From Nitrosopumilaceae archaeon (lineage in GTDB: Archaea; Thermoproteota; Nitrososphaeria; Nitrososphaerales; Nitrosopumilaceae): DNA of 64,000 nucleotides. Under the pieces are notes generated by a model, which was given only the letters and a program-made list of their open reading frames with translations, made no database searches and was not told where the DNA came from. Location: NCBI GenBank assembly GCA_965214835.1, contig CBDCCK010000002.1, forward strand, positions 2,048,001 through 2,112,000. The letters are read 5' to 3'. This document shows, piece by piece, positions 37,972-49,418 of the stretch; position 1 is the stretch's first letter, and each line of letters starts with the position of its first letter. A program made the translations under genes and the position numbers.

Positions 37972-40784
37972 GGGAGGAAAAGCTAAAAATCCGGGGCGCC
38001 CGCCACCACAACCTCAAAAACATCGACCTTGACATTCCAAAAAACAGACTTGTCGTAATCAGCGGACTGTCAGGCTCGGGCAAGTCCACGCTTGCCTTTG
38101 ACACCATCTATGCAGAGGGCCAGCGGCGGTATGTAGAGTCCCTTTCTGCATATGCCCGGCAGTTCCTGGAGATGATGGACAAGCCCGACGTTGACTCCAT
38201 CGAGGGCCTCTCCCCTGCCATCTCCATACAGCAAAAGACCACCAACAAGAACCCGCGGTCTACCGTCGGCACGACTACGGAGATCTATGACTATATGAGG
38301 CTGCTCTTTGCCCGGATTGGAGTCCCGCACTGCACCAGCTGCGGCAAAAGGATCTCCACGCAGTCCGTCGATACGATATGCGACTCTGCACTCCGGGACT
38401 TTTCAGGCTCCAAGACCATGGTAATGGCGCCCGTCATACGGCACAAAAAGGGAACCTATGAGAAGCTCTTTGAGCAGATCAAAAGGGACGGCTATTCCAG
38501 GATCAGGCTTGACGGCCAGATAGTCTCACTTGAGGATGACATCCCGGCACTTGACAAGCAGAAATGGCACGATATCGAGATCGTCGTAGACCGAATCCGG
38601 GTTCAAAAGGCGGCGCGCTCGCGCCTGTTTGAGGCAATACAGACTGCACTAAAGGCCGCAAAGGGCGACGTGCTGATATCCTCCGAAAAAAAGGACATGA
38701 CGTTCTCCCAGAACAACGCCTGCCCCCACTGCGGAATCAGCATCGGCGAGCTGGAGCCCAGGACCTTCTCCTTTAACTCGCCTTTTGGGATGTGCAGGGC
38801 CTGCAACGGGCTGGGCGTCAAGCTGGAGTTTGATGCCGATCTGGTGATACCTGACAGATCCAAGACCATCCTTGAGGGGGCAATCGTCCCATGGAGCGGG
38901 AGGTTCTCCTCGTTCAAGCGCCAGTCCCTGCGCGCAGTCGGCAAGGCGTTTGGCTTTGACCTGCTGACCCCCCTTGACAAGCTATCAAAGAGGAACCTTG
39001 AGATAATCCTGCACGGCACCGATACGCTGATAGACTTTGACTATACGTCAAAGTCAGGCGGCTCCTCGTGGCAGTACACCGATGCCTTTGAGGGGGTGCT
39101 GGAGAACCTGCAGAGAAAGTTCCTGGAGACAGAGTCTGAATCAAAGCGGGAGTGGCTAAAGCAGTTCATGCGCGATACCCCCTGCAAGGAATGCGGGGGC
39201 AGGAAGCTGAGGCCAGAGGCGCTGGCAGTAAGAGTCGGTGGCAAGAACATCATGGGCGTCTGTGATCTGTCCGTTGATAGCTGTTATGACTTTTTTACGA
39301 CCCTAAAGCTGGACAAGACCGAGCAGTACATCGCGCGCGACGTCCTCAAAGAAGTCAGGGAGCGGTTGGAGTTTCTCAAAAATGTCGGCCTAAACTACCT
39401 GACCCTCAACAGGCTCAGCTCTACCCTTTCTGGCGGCGAGTCACAGCGAATCCGCCTTGCAACGCAGATCGGCTCGAACCTCACCGGGGTGCTGTATGTC
39501 CTCGACGAGCCGACTATCGGGCTGCACCAGCGCGACAATGCCCGGCTGATAAAGACGCTGAGCAAGCTGCGGAACCTGGGCAACACCGTGATAGTAGTAG
39601 AGCACGACGAGGAGATCATCCGGAGCTCGGACTGGATCGTGGATCTGGGCCCCGGCGCAGGCGTGCACGGGGGCAGCGTCGTCTTTGAGGGGACGCTGGA
39701 GGACATCCTCAACGGGGGCTCCTCTGTGACCGGCAGGTACCTCAAGGACGGCTCCCTCATATCGCTTGCCGACAAGGTCAGAAACCCGGGGGGAAAGATC
39801 ACCGTAAGGGGCGCATCTGAGAACAACCTGAAAAACATCGACGTGGAGTTTCCCCTGGGACTGTTTGTTGCCGTGACCGGCGTCTCGGGATCTGGAAAAT
39901 CGACCCTGATAAACGAGATCCTGCTAAAGTCGCTCAACGAAAAGTTCTACAAGACCAGCGCAAGGCCGGGAAGGCACAGGGACATTCGCGGAACAGGCGA
40001 CATCGACAAGATTATAGCAATCGACCAGTCCCCCATCGGGCGGACCCCGCGCTCAAACCCTGCGACATACATAGGCGCATTCACCCCGATCCGGGAGCTG
40101 TATGCAGGCACAGAGCTCTCAAGGGAGCGCGGGTATGCCCCTGGCCGGTTCTCCTTCAACGTTGCCGACGGCAGGTGCTTTGCATGCGAGGGCGACGGCG
40201 TAAGGCAGATCGAGATGCAGTTTCTATCCGACGTCCTTGTAAGGTGCGACGAGTGCAAGGGAAGGCGCTACAACTCTGAGACCCTTTCTGTCCTGTACAA
40301 GGGAAAAAGCATTGCAGACGTCCTGGAGATGACCGTCTACGAGGCGCTGCAGTTTTTTGGGAACGTTCCCGCAATCCGGCGAAAGCTGCAGACGGTCCAT
40401 GATGTGGGCCTGGGATACATCAAGCTAGGCCAGTCCTCCACCACGCTGTCGGGGGGCGAGGCCCAGCGCGTAAAGCTGGCCTCTGAGCTGTCAAAGCGCG
40501 GCACCGGCAGGACGTTTTACATCCTGGATGAGCCGACGACGGGGCTTCACTTTGCAGACGTCCAGAAGCTACTTGAGGTGCTCAACAGGCTGGCAAATCT
40601 CGGAAACACCGTGCTGGTAATCGAGCACAACATGGACGTCATCAAAAACTCTGACTGGATAATCGATCTGGGCCCCGAGGGTGGCGACGAGGGTGGCAGG
40701 GTTGTCGCCTGCGGCACGCCCGAGCAGGTGGCCAGGGCCCCCGGAAGCTATACCGGAAGGTATCTCAAAAGGCTGCTAAAATGA
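37968..40784 (+). CDS. uvrA: Excinuclease ABC subunit A
   Basis: Two ABC ATPase modules ([21 protein letters not shown]) and Zn modules. Confidence 0.98.
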   Translation: MREEKLKIRGARHHNLKNIDLDIPKNRLVVISGLSGSGKSTLAFDTIYAEGQRRYVESLSAYARQFLEMMDKPDVDSIEGLSPAISIQQKTTNKNPRSTVGTTTEIYDYMRLLFARIGVPHCTSCGKRISTQSVDTICDSALRDFSGSKTMVMAPVIRHKKGTYEKLFEQIKRDGYSRIRLDGQIVSLEDDIPALDKQKWHDIEIVVDRIRVQKAARSRLFEAIQTALKAAKGDVLISSEKKDMTFSQNNACPHCGISIGELEPRTFSFNSPFGMCRACNGLGVKLEFDADLVIPDRSKTILEGAIVPWSGRFSSFKRQSLRAVGKAFGFDLLTPLDKLSKRNLEIILHGTDTLIDFDYTSKSGGSSWQYTDAFEGVLENLQRKFLETESESKREWLKQFMRDTPCKECGGRKLRPEALAVRVGGKNIMGVCDLSVDSCYDFFTTLKLDKTEQYIARDVLKEVRERLEFLKNVGLNYLTLNRLSSTLSGGESQRIRLATQIGSNLTGVLYVLDEPTIGLHQRDNARLIKTLSKLRNLGNTVIVVEHDEEIIRSSDWIVDLGPGAGVHGGSVVFEGTLEDILNGGSSVTGRYLKDGSLISLADKVRNPGGKITVRGASENNLKNIDVEFPLGLFVAVTGVSGSGKSTLINEILLKSLNEKFYKTSARPGRHRDIRGTGDIDKIIAIDQSPIGRTPRSNPATYIGAFTPIRELYAGTELSRERGYAPGRFSFNVADGRCFACEGDGVRQIEMQFLSDVLVRCDECKGRRYNSETLSVLYKGKSIADVLEMTVYEALQFFGNVPAIRRKLQTVHDVGLGYIKLGQSSTTLSGGEAQRVKLASELSKRGTGRTFYILDEPTTGLHFADVQKLLEVLNRLANLGNTVLVIEHNMDVIKNSDWIIDLGPEGGDEGGRVVACGTPEQVARAPGSYTGRYLKRLLK

Positions 40785-42370
40785 CACTTCGAGCATCCGA
40801 CGTTTCGGCTCCTGCGCACCCCGGGATATACCTGATGAAGGATGAGGACGGGCGGGTCATCTATGTCGGAAAGGCCAAGAATCTCAAGAACCGCGTGCGC
40901 TCGTACTTTGGAAAAAACGTCGACTACAAGACCGGCAAGATGGTCAAAAGCATGGCAGACATCGAGTTTGTCCTGACCGACAACGAGGGCGAGGCATTCA
41001 TCCTAGAGTCAAACATGATCAAAAAGTACCGGCCCCGATTTAACATAGAGCTCAAGGATCAGGAGAGGTACACGTACCTCCGGCTGAGCGATGAAAAATA
41101 TCCGCGGCTACTCGTCGCCCGGAGAACCCGCAGCGGCAGGTTCATCGGCAAGGGCAAGACCTTTGGTCCTTTCACCCATGGCAGCTCCAAGCTCCTGACT
41201 ATAGGCTCTCTGCGCAAGGCCTTTAAGATCAGGATCTGCAAGACCCTGCCAAAGAAGGTGTGCCTGGAGTACCACCTAGGCAACTGCGAGGGGCCCTGTG
41301 AGTTTGCAGGGGCGCAGAAAAACTACCAAAAACACGTCTCGGATCTGCAGGACGTGCTTGGGGGCAAGGATCAGATGAGGACATTCGTCGAAAAGATGTC
41401 CGCTGAGATGCAGTCAGCATCAGACTCTGGGGACTTTGAGCGGGCCATCGAGATCCGCGACACCCTGAGGCGGCTGGGCAGCCTGCAAGACAGCCAGAAG
41501 ATGGATTATATAGAGAACTCCGACGAGGAGTACTTTGGGATTATAGTCAGGGAGCAGCACGCCGTGGTCATGACGTTTAGAAAAATAAACGGGGTCATCC
41601 GCGACAGCGAGAGGTTTGCCTTTGATGCGATTGCCGATAATACGTTTGGGAGCTTTCTTTACCAGTACTATACCACCAGGAGGATTCCCAGGCTGGTTCT
41701 GGTCAGCTCCTCCCCAGAGGATCCGTCGACGCTTGCACGGCTGCTCTCAGAAAAGGCAGGACATGGCGTCAGGATTGTCACCCCAAGGCGGGGGCGGCAC
41801 AGGGAGATGATCAACCTGATCCTCAAAAACATCGAGCTGGTCCACTCCGAGGGAGGGCCACCGGCACTGGCCGAGCTGCAAAGGCACCTAGGGCTGCAGC
41901 AGGCCCCCCGGACAATCGAGTGCTTTGATATATCAAACCACGGCGAGTCCTTTGCCGTCGGCGCCATGTCAAGATTCGTCGACGGCAGGCCCGACAAGTC
42001 CGGCTATCGCCGGTTCAAGATCAAGTCCGTCAAGGGGCGCGACGACTATGCGATGATAAGCGAGGTCGTCAAGCGCAGGTACCTCAGGCTGCTTGAGGAA
42101 AAGCAGGAGCTGCCAGATCTGATCCTCATAGACGGCGGCAGGGGCCAGCTTGGCTCTGCTGTTGATGCGCTTGCCGGTCTGGGAGCCTGCATCCCGTGTG
42201 CGTCGCTGGCCAAGGAAAACGAGGAGGTGTTCGTACCAGGGCGCAAAGACCCCCTAGTCATCCCGAGATCCGAGGAATCCCTTAAAGTCTTGCAGCACGC
42301 GCGCGATGAGGCCCACAGGTTCGGTGTAGCATACAACCGGAAGATCAGGGAGATGGGCATCGGAAAATAG
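40781..42370 (+). CDS. uvrC: Excinuclease ABC subunit C
   Basis: GIY-YIG (PGIY, YVGKA), FDIS, LIDGGRGQ, RDEAHRF. Confidence 0.96.
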   Translation: MTLRASDVSAPAHPGIYLMKDEDGRVIYVGKAKNLKNRVRSYFGKNVDYKTGKMVKSMADIEFVLTDNEGEAFILESNMIKKYRPRFNIELKDQERYTYLRLSDEKYPRLLVARRTRSGRFIGKGKTFGPFTHGSSKLLTIGSLRKAFKIRICKTLPKKVCLEYHLGNCEGPCEFAGAQKNYQKHVSDLQDVLGGKDQMRTFVEKMSAEMQSASDSGDFERAIEIRDTLRRLGSLQDSQKMDYIENSDEEYFGIIVREQHAVVMTFRKINGVIRDSERFAFDAIADNTFGSFLYQYYTTRRIPRLVLVSSSPEDPSTLARLLSEKAGHGVRIVTPRRGRHREMINLILKNIELVHSEGGPPALAELQRHLGLQQAPRTIECFDISNHGESFAVGAMSRFVDGRPDKSGYRRFKIKSVKGRDDYAMISEVVKRRYLRLLEEKQELPDLILIDGGRGQLGSAVDALAGLGACIPCASLAKENEEVFVPGRKDPLVIPRSEESLKVLQHARDEAHRFGVAYNRKIREMGIGK

Positions 42371-43143
42371 AATGGGCCGGCTTGCCTGGACTGGGCCTGC
42401 CACAGTTCTCATACGAGTCGTATGCAGAATCCAGCGCCGCGGTGCCGCATCCGCCCCGGGGGATGCGGCCGAACATGCGGGCAAGCTCCGGCGAGTCGCC
42501 CGACGTGCCCGGCGTGGCCTCGAATGACAGTATCCTGCCCCCGATTGCGCCTACTATGCGCAGCTTTGCAAAGTCGTGCCCGGTCATCTCGCCATATTTT
42601 GCGTGGTGCCAGCTCCTGTACTTGCGGAGGCCGAACCCCGCCGGGCCGCCGTGCAGGTCCGCTGTGCGCTCGCCATCTGACACGGCCGGCACTGCCCCGT
42701 CCATAAAGCCCTTGCCCATGTCCCAGAGCATCTTCATCCTGTTGTGCAGGGTGGACTTTGAGAGCGCGCAGTCCAGGCCGCACCTCCTGAGATCGTCCGG
42801 GTTTGTCTCCAGATGCGTGGCCATCCCCCTGTAGGACAGGCCGTTTTCGATTCTGAGGATCGCGATGCGTATGGCAGACCACGCAAGACGGGCGTCGATT
42901 CCCGTCTTGTCTGCCATCTTCCTGGCCACCCTGCGCACGATCCCTCCCAGATTCTTCCTTGCCCTCTTCTTGCGGGAGCTCTCCTGCCTGCGCTTCTGCT
43001 CGCAGGGCCGGTAGTATTCCGTGTTCTTTCTGTCATTGCTCATCATAATAGCCGGGATCGGCTGATCAAAGTCGTTTTCGGTGCCGTGCGCCCATGATCT
43101 ATAAGCTTGGCGGTCATTTTGCGGAAATTTTTTGGACAATCTC
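42371..43143 (-). mobile_element. Truncated IS5-type element
   Basis: Homologous to 43651-44836; left end ATTGTCCAAAAAATTTCCGC; first catalytic Asp lost (HGGPAG); no right end. Confidence 0.85.
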
Positions 43144-43214
43144 AGGTGACCTCGTACGCTTTTTTATGTGTCGGCTACAGATTCCAGAGTCTGAGCTGTT
43201 ACACAGTTTGTTTG

Positions 43215-43480
43215 TCAGTCCTTGCCGTATGCTGACTTGTGGTCACAGACCCTGATAAACTCTATCGTCTTGCCCAATTGACGTTGTAGATTATTCTGTA
43301 TTTACGGCCTATTTCATACGAGAACACTCTTTTGCCTTGCTTGTATTTTCCAAGCAGTGCCGGATTGTCTGCTGCAAGCAAATTCGATACTGCATACTCG
43401 GCGCGCTTTTTTGTCTTGGAATCCAATCTGCCAAACTGTCTAGCAAAGACCGGACGCCTGTTAGGAATCCAAGTACTCAA
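43215..43480 (-). pseudogene. RelE/ParE-family toxin, frameshift near 43270
   Basis: FARQFGRL...SYEIGRKYRIIY; C-terminal IEFIRVCDHKSAYGKD* lies in another frame. Confidence 0.75.
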
Positions 43481-43605
43481 GCATTATGCAACTCTTCAAG
43501 AAACTTTTGAACCGTTGTTGTCCTTCTGTCATCTGATGTATAAAACTCATCAATGTCCTTTTCCTCCTCGGGACTGAGATCGTCGGTCTGACTTGTTTTG
43601 GACAT
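43477..43605 (-). CDS. Putative acidic antitoxin (42 aa)
   Basis: LSPEEEKDIDEF...QKFLEEL; ATGA overlap with the toxin. Confidence 0.7.
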   Translation of the reverse strand: MSKTSQTDDLSPEEEKDIDEFYTSDDRRTTTVQKFLEELHNA

Positions 43606-43650
43606 GTGTTTGATACCCACTGCCACATTAAAAAAGATTTGGAAGCCGGT

Positions 43651-44836
43651 GGGATTGTCCAAAAAATTTCCGCAAAATGACCGCCAAGCTTATAGATCAT
43701 GGGCGCACGGCACCGAAAACGCTTTTGATCAGTCGATCCTGGATATTCCAATGAGCAACGACAGAAAGAGCACGGAATACTACCGGCCCTGCGAGCAGAA
43801 GCGCAGGCAGGAGAGCTCTCGCAAGAAGAGGGCAAGGAAGAATCTGGTAGGGATCGTGCGCAGGGTGGCCAGGAAGATGGCAGACAAGACGGGAATCGAT
43901 GCCGGCCTTGCGTGGTCTGCCATACGCATCGCGATCCTCAGGATCGAAAACGGCCTGTCCTACAGGAGGATGGTCACGCATCTGGAGACAAACCCTGACG
44001 ATCTCAGGCGGTGCGGCCTGAGATATACAAAGTCGATGCTGCACAACAGGATGAAGATGCTATGGAGTATGGGCAAGGACTTTGGACGAGGTCGTGCTGG
44101 CCATGTCAGACGGCGAGTACACAGTGGACCTGCACGGCGACTCGACGGGATTCGGCCTCCGCAAGTACAAGAGATGGAGCCACGCAAAACACGGGGAGAT
44201 GACGGGGCGCGACTTTGCAAAGCTGCGCATAGTAGGCGCAATCGGGGGCAGGATACTGTCATTCGAGGCCACGCCGGGCACGCCGGGCGACTCGCCGGAG
44301 CTTGCCCGCATGTTCGGCCGCATCCCCCGGGGCGGATGCGGCATCGCGGTGCTGGATTCTGCATACGACTCGTATGAGAACTGCAGGCTGATTGCAGAGG
44401 GCGGCCGCGTGCCCGTCATAAAGCCCACAAAGGGGAACGAAAGGCCCCGCGGGTTCAGTGCCAGGGCCAGGATGCTGCGGTGGCTGCGCGACAGGCCGGA
44501 CGAGTTCTGGCGCGCCTACCACAGGAGGAGCCATGCAGGATCCCTGTTCTCGGCAATGAAGGAAAGGACTGGATCCGTCCTGCGTTCAAGGCCGGGCGGA
44601 ACCATCACTGCAGGACTGTTCGCTCGCGTGCTGTGCTACAACCTTACGGTATAGATCATCACAAATCCCGTACTGTTGGACCGCAACACTACCGTAAGGT
44701 ATGGCCCGCATGGATATTTGCGTTGCCTTTTGTGCATGGTTGGCCGAAAATGTCCCGTTCTGCGTCTGAAACTGCCCACATCCGGGGGCAGACTGGCAGA
44801 TTATGTCAGCCTGTGGGAAGTTTTTTGGACAACCCC
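43651..44836 (+). mobile_element. IS5-type element with frameshifted transposase (43751-44654)
   Basis: TIRs GGGATTGTCCAAAAAA / TTTTTTGGACAACCCC; GDSTG, LDSAYD, YHRRSHAG (Glu replaced); frameshift near 44082; no TSD found. Confidence 0.87.
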
Positions 44837-44899
44837 CGACTATCTTTTGAATGTATAAAGAACTTCTCAGTGGTAACAAGTGTGATCAAGGAATTAGAT

Positions 44900-46386
44900 A
44901 TGCGCGATTCGAACCCCTAGTGGAAGGATCCAGCAAGTATTCAAGATGATAAAAAAATCAAAGAATGTGAAGCGTCTCAAATAAAATACGATTCAAGACT
45001 TAGGCATGCAATTAGATATGATTTTGAGCTAGGCAATCCGGTGGTCTACACTTTGCGTGGGCTCACAGGTGGGCAAAACAACTCTGGTCAAATTATAGAT
45101 TAGGGATTTTTTAGAAAAAAGAACAAACCCGTGGAATATCATGTATTACTCGCTTGATTTAGCAAATGCTTCGCGAGACGTAGCCGATGTAGTTGAGATC
45201 CATTTGAAAATCAGTAGCAGGCAGAGAGGTGAAAAACGATCTTACCTGTTTTTAGATGAGGCGTCATCAGTAGCAGGCTGGCAAAAAGGCATCAAATGGT
45301 TAGTGGGTGGTGACAAGCTAAAAAAAAACTGTACTGTTCTGGTAACCGGCTCACAGGCTATCAATATTCAAAATGCAGCCGAACGACTGCCTGGCCGTAA
45401 GGGAGTCATCAATGATGCCTATGATAAAATTTTATTTCCGATGAAATTTGCAGAGTACGCATCGCTGTTAAGCAAAGATATCAAAGAGCTAATCGAAAAA
45501 AACAGCTTGTTTTCATTTAAAAACAGAGAAGCAATTTTTAGAAAACTAGTCACTAAAGAGATTGATGAAAGGCTGGACAAGATCAACGCACATCAGAATG
45601 AAACAAATGACTTGCTGATGGAGTATATGGCTACGGGAGGTATCCTAAGAGTAGTAGACGAAAAAATCAGAGCAAATACAATTCACGAAGGTACCTATAC
45701 CAACTATCTAGAAGGCATCAGAGGACAGTGGGGCGAGTTAGGCAAAAACGAAACCCTGCTAAGGCAATTTGCCGGCGCCATAATCAAAAGCCTAACCAGT
45801 CATATCTCTTGGAACGGCCTTGCCAAAGAGGCGGCGCTGGGAGGTGGAAACACCGCGCAGGAGTATGCGCATGCCTTGCATGATCTATCCGTGTTGTCCA
45901 TCATTCAGCTCTACGGGGAACAAGAAAATCCCCATGATCCAAAAAGACAGAAAGTTCTACTTTCATGACCCGTTTTTTGCACACCTTTTCAATGGGTGGA
46001 TGAGCCCGAGGGGGAACTTTGAGACCAGCCTCGAGTATCTTGAGGACGAGACAAACCAAGGCAGGATAATTGAGGGGGTTGTAGCTGATCATCTTATCCG
46101 ACTGGTCTTTTCCATGAGCAAAAAGAAGCAGACCCATGACTATGGCAGCCATGTTTTCTATTGGAAGGATGATAAGAACCGTGAAGTGGACTTTATGACG
46201 GAGGCAAGATAGAGGTTCCAATTGAGGTAAAATTCAGAAACAGGAAGTCCAAAGGAGCTGGCACCTGTGACTAGTTTTCTTGACAAGACGGGCAGCAAAA
46301 AGGGGTTGGTTGTCTCAAAGGATGCCTTGGATGCAAGGACAGACTATGCTGTGGTTCCGGCCTCGGTATTCTTGCTGCTGATCTGA
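44900..46386 (+). pseudogene. AAA_14/DUF4143-type ATP-binding protein, multiply disrupted
   Basis: NP*W, frameshifted Walker A (QVGKTT), LFLDE, VTGS, KFYFHDP, REVDF. Confidence 0.85.
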
Positions 46387-46470
46387 GGGCTTTATGATGG
46401 CCCCTGAGGAGCCAGCAGGACTTGTATGATCGACCTGCCAAAAGGGGAAAGGGACGTGACATTACATCAT

Positions 46471-46600
46471 CTGGATTGCAGCGCAGCTCCGACTACATGA
46501 CTCAACTTGCACACCTCTCTGAACCCCCGCTCCCCTTGCACGCCTGGTACGGATAGCACCCCGCGGCTTTCAGGAATTCCGATGAGCCATGGCGACGATT
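46471..46600 (+). repeat. Decayed MITE family E copy
   Basis: Collinear with 35689-35818 (tgactc, tctgaa, ttgcacg, tttcaggaatt anchors). Confidence 0.65.
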
Positions 46601-46657
46601 AAAAGTTCTTGAACACACATGGGAATGAACTGCGCGGGAGGGCTCGATGAAAGGCCT

Positions 46658-48424
46658 TCAATCGCCACTATGGTGGGTATCATAGCTCCCGTCTCGCTCT
46701 ACCGAGAATATCCTGAGATCCCGACTCTCTGATATCTGAAAGTCGCGCATGCCGGCAAACCTGAACCCGCCTATCCCCCTTGACTTTTCAAACATGCTCT
46801 CCCCGACGACTATTCCGTTTGGCTCGGCATACGAGTTGATCTTTGCGCACAGGTTGACAGTAGAGCCAAACACGTCGTTGACATCGGAGGTCGAGACGCT
46901 TGCAACGCTGACGGGGCCAAACGTCACGCTGATCCTATAGTCTATCCTAGGCAGGCCTTTGGACTCTAGTTTGAGGCACAGCTCGTCGTGGTGATCAACT
47001 AGCGCATGGCAGCACTCTAGGACGTTTCTGAATTCCCCCTCCCGGCCTGCATCTCCGATCCTAAAGTAAAACAGCAGCGCATCCCCTATGTTCTTTACAA
47101 CTATGCCGTCGTATTTTCTGATTATTGCGGCCATCGAGTTGATAAACCCGCTGTACAGGCTCGTGGTTTCTGAGTCCGAGAGGCCTGCGCAAATCTTTGT
47201 CGACTCGTTTATGTCAATAAAGCAGACGCAGGCCTCCTCCGTCCTGTCTGAGAACTGCAGCAGTATGTCCTCCTGCTGCTTTATGATCTCCTTTTGTTGG
47301 TTTAGCGCCACCTCGGACTCTAGGAGCCTCCTTGCCATCGTGTCAAAGGAGCGTGACAGCTCCCCTATCTCGTCACTGGTCTGAATTCCCGTCTTTACGT
47401 CAAAGTTGCCCCCTGCTATCTCGTGCGCGGCATCAGTCAGCCTCCTTATCGGCCTTGACAGCCTCCTTGAGAGCCCGTATGCTGCCCCACTGATGACTAT
47501 CATGATGACTGCGCTTACCGTGATGATCTTGCCCTGCAGCTCAAAGAGCGGCTGCAGTACCTCATCTTCGTCTATCTCTGTGAGGATCACATAGCCGTAT
47601 CCGTCCTGGCAGTATGATATTCCGAAGATCTTCTCCCCCCTATAGTCCTCGTACACCTCCCCGCCGATCATCTGGGCCTCATCAAGGCAGGCCGCAACCG
47701 GCACCGTGTCTACCACTTGGTTGAACTCTGCGTCCTCGACGAAGATTGACTTTGATATCATGACTCTGTCATGGTTTACAATGTAGACCTCACCGGTATC
47801 CTTCAGGCCCTCCCTGTCCTCTAAAATGCGGTCGATGTTCCTCGTATCCATCACCGCAGCTATCGTGCCTATGACCTCGCTGCCATCCCTTATGGGCATT
47901 GCAATGACTAGCATCCTGTCGTTTTCTGAGCTTTGCACAAACCTCATGAGCTGGCCGCCGGCCAGCCCAAGCAGCTCAGTTTTGGGCGGAAACTCCGAGC
48001 CGCCCTCTAGCGTAAAGTACTCCTCATGGCCGTCCCCTAGCAGCACGACGTCGGCCAGCTCGATCTGGCGGCCCTCCCCGATCTGGAAGTTTCTAATTGC
48101 CACGGAGATCGGGATGCCCTTCTCTGCGATCCTTGAGTGCAGTACCAGGCCTTCGGGGTATCCATTGAGCTCCGAGACTGTGTTTTTTATGAAATCCTCC
48201 GACGACAGGGCGGCTATCTCGTTGATCCTGCCATCCAGGAGAATCTTGATTGCGTTTCCCCTGCTGGTCGACTCCTCGACCAGCTGCGCCTTGATCTTCT
48301 CCTTTAGTATCCCGTCAACCAGGCTCAGTGACAGCGCGGCAGTTGCAGTGATGGCAATCAGCGACACTGCAAGCACCAGGAGAATCAGCTTTTTATCCAG
48401 GCTGAACGAGACCATTCCCCTCAT
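46658..48424 (-). CDS. Membrane class III nucleotide cyclase (Cache-type sensor, HAMP, cyclase)
   Basis: Two TM helices, HAMP (DEIGELSRSFD), FIDINEST, KNIGDA, DVFGSTVN. Confidence 0.9.
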   Translation of the reverse strand: MRGMVSFSLDKKLILLVLAVSLIAITATAALSLSLVDGILKEKIKAQLVEESTSRGNAIKILLDGRINEIAALSSEDFIKNTVSELNGYPEGLVLHSRIAEKGIPISVAIRNFQIGEGRQIELADVVLLGDGHEEYFTLEGGSEFPPKTELLGLAGGQLMRFVQSSENDRMLVIAMPIRDGSEVIGTIAAVMDTRNIDRILEDREGLKDTGEVYIVNHDRVMISKSIFVEDAEFNQVVDTVPVAACLDEAQMIGGEVYEDYRGEKIFGISYCQDGYGYVILTEIDEDEVLQPLFELQGKIITVSAVIMIVISGAAYGLSRRLSRPIRRLTDAAHEIAGGNFDVKTGIQTSDEIGELSRSFDTMARRLLESEVALNQQKEIIKQQEDILLQFSDRTEEACVCFIDINESTKICAGLSDSETTSLYSGFINSMAAIIRKYDGIVVKNIGDALLFYFRIGDAGREGEFRNVLECCHALVDHHDELCLKLESKGLPRIDYRISVTFGPVSVASVSTSDVNDVFGSTVNLCAKINSYAEPNGIVVGESMFEKSRGIGGFRFAGMRDFQISESRDLRIFSVERDGSYDTHHSGD

Positions 48425-48469
48425 GCTTCATCAGGCTATCTTGGTGGCTAAATCCTCTTCGGTGGATTG

Positions 48470-48684
48470 GGGGTTGCCCAAAAAATTTCCGCAAAACGAC
48501 CGCCGGGTTTATGGATCATGAGCGCACGGCACCGAAAACGCTTTTGATCAGCCGATCCCGGATATCCTAATGAGCAACAACAGGAAGAACACGGACTATT
48601 GCCGCCTCTATGAGCAAAGGCGCAGGCAGGAGAGCTCCCGCAAGAAGAGGACAGTGAAGAATCCGGGAAAGATCGTACGCAGGG
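48470..48684 (+). mobile_element. Left-end fragment of the IS5-type element
   Basis: Matches 43651 to about 43865. Confidence 0.8.
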
Positions 48685-48802
48685 GTAACAGGTTAGCCCC
48701 TGCCTAGGCAGCAATCAGGCACGAGCCTGCCTACAGTTGTGATTTTCATGCCTGACAGGTAAGGGACGTGACTCCAATTCTAGGCAGGGGCTAACCTGTC
48801 AC
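48685..48802. mobile_element. IS66-B MITE (118 bp)
   Basis: GTAACAGGTTAGCCCCTGCCTAG / CTAGGCAGGGGCTAACCTGTCAC; TSD not clear. Confidence 0.85.
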
Positions 48803-48964
48803 TGTAGGGGTATTTTCGAGCGCCATAAATCTGAAAAAAAACGCTATGATGTAGGAACAAAGAGATGCACTGAATGCGACATCTACCTCTTATTTGATGG
48901 AACAATGTGCCCTTGCTGTGGCACTCAATTAAGAGCTAAAAGAAAAAGCAAACTCCCAAAATAA
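48803..48964 (+). pseudogene. Small zinc-ribbon protein, start removed at the MITE junction
   Basis: CRGIFERHK...KRCTECDIY...CPCCGTQLR...*; no start codon. Confidence 0.65.
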
Positions 48965-49418
48965 TCTTGTTTGATCATTGGAAAACTGGATGGTAACAAA
49001 ACTCCAATAGCAATACTGCCTGGTCGGCAATGAACGGAGAACTATTGCAATTTCCAATTTTTCCAATGACCTTTGACCAAGCTGGCCCGTAAAGATGTCA
49101 GATCACAGCACGGCCAAATCACTTTTAATTTTTAAATTAATTATAGGTATATATGGTTACTTTTTGTTGTTCTATGCCTGTGTACTTTTGTGATCTGAAA
49201 CCCTGTCATGTTTTATAATGGTGAAATAAGAAAGTAAACCGAACACCATCTTTAACTAATTTTCCACCTGATTACTGGTGGACATGAGTCAGTCTGATGT
49301 TAAATCCTGGGTGATTGTAAGCAGCATAAAGGAAGATACCGATCCTCAGGACCTGCAAAGGATATCTCCACAGGTTTCTGCACTGGTGGATGAGTGGCAT
49401 GCAAACGGAAAAATCATG

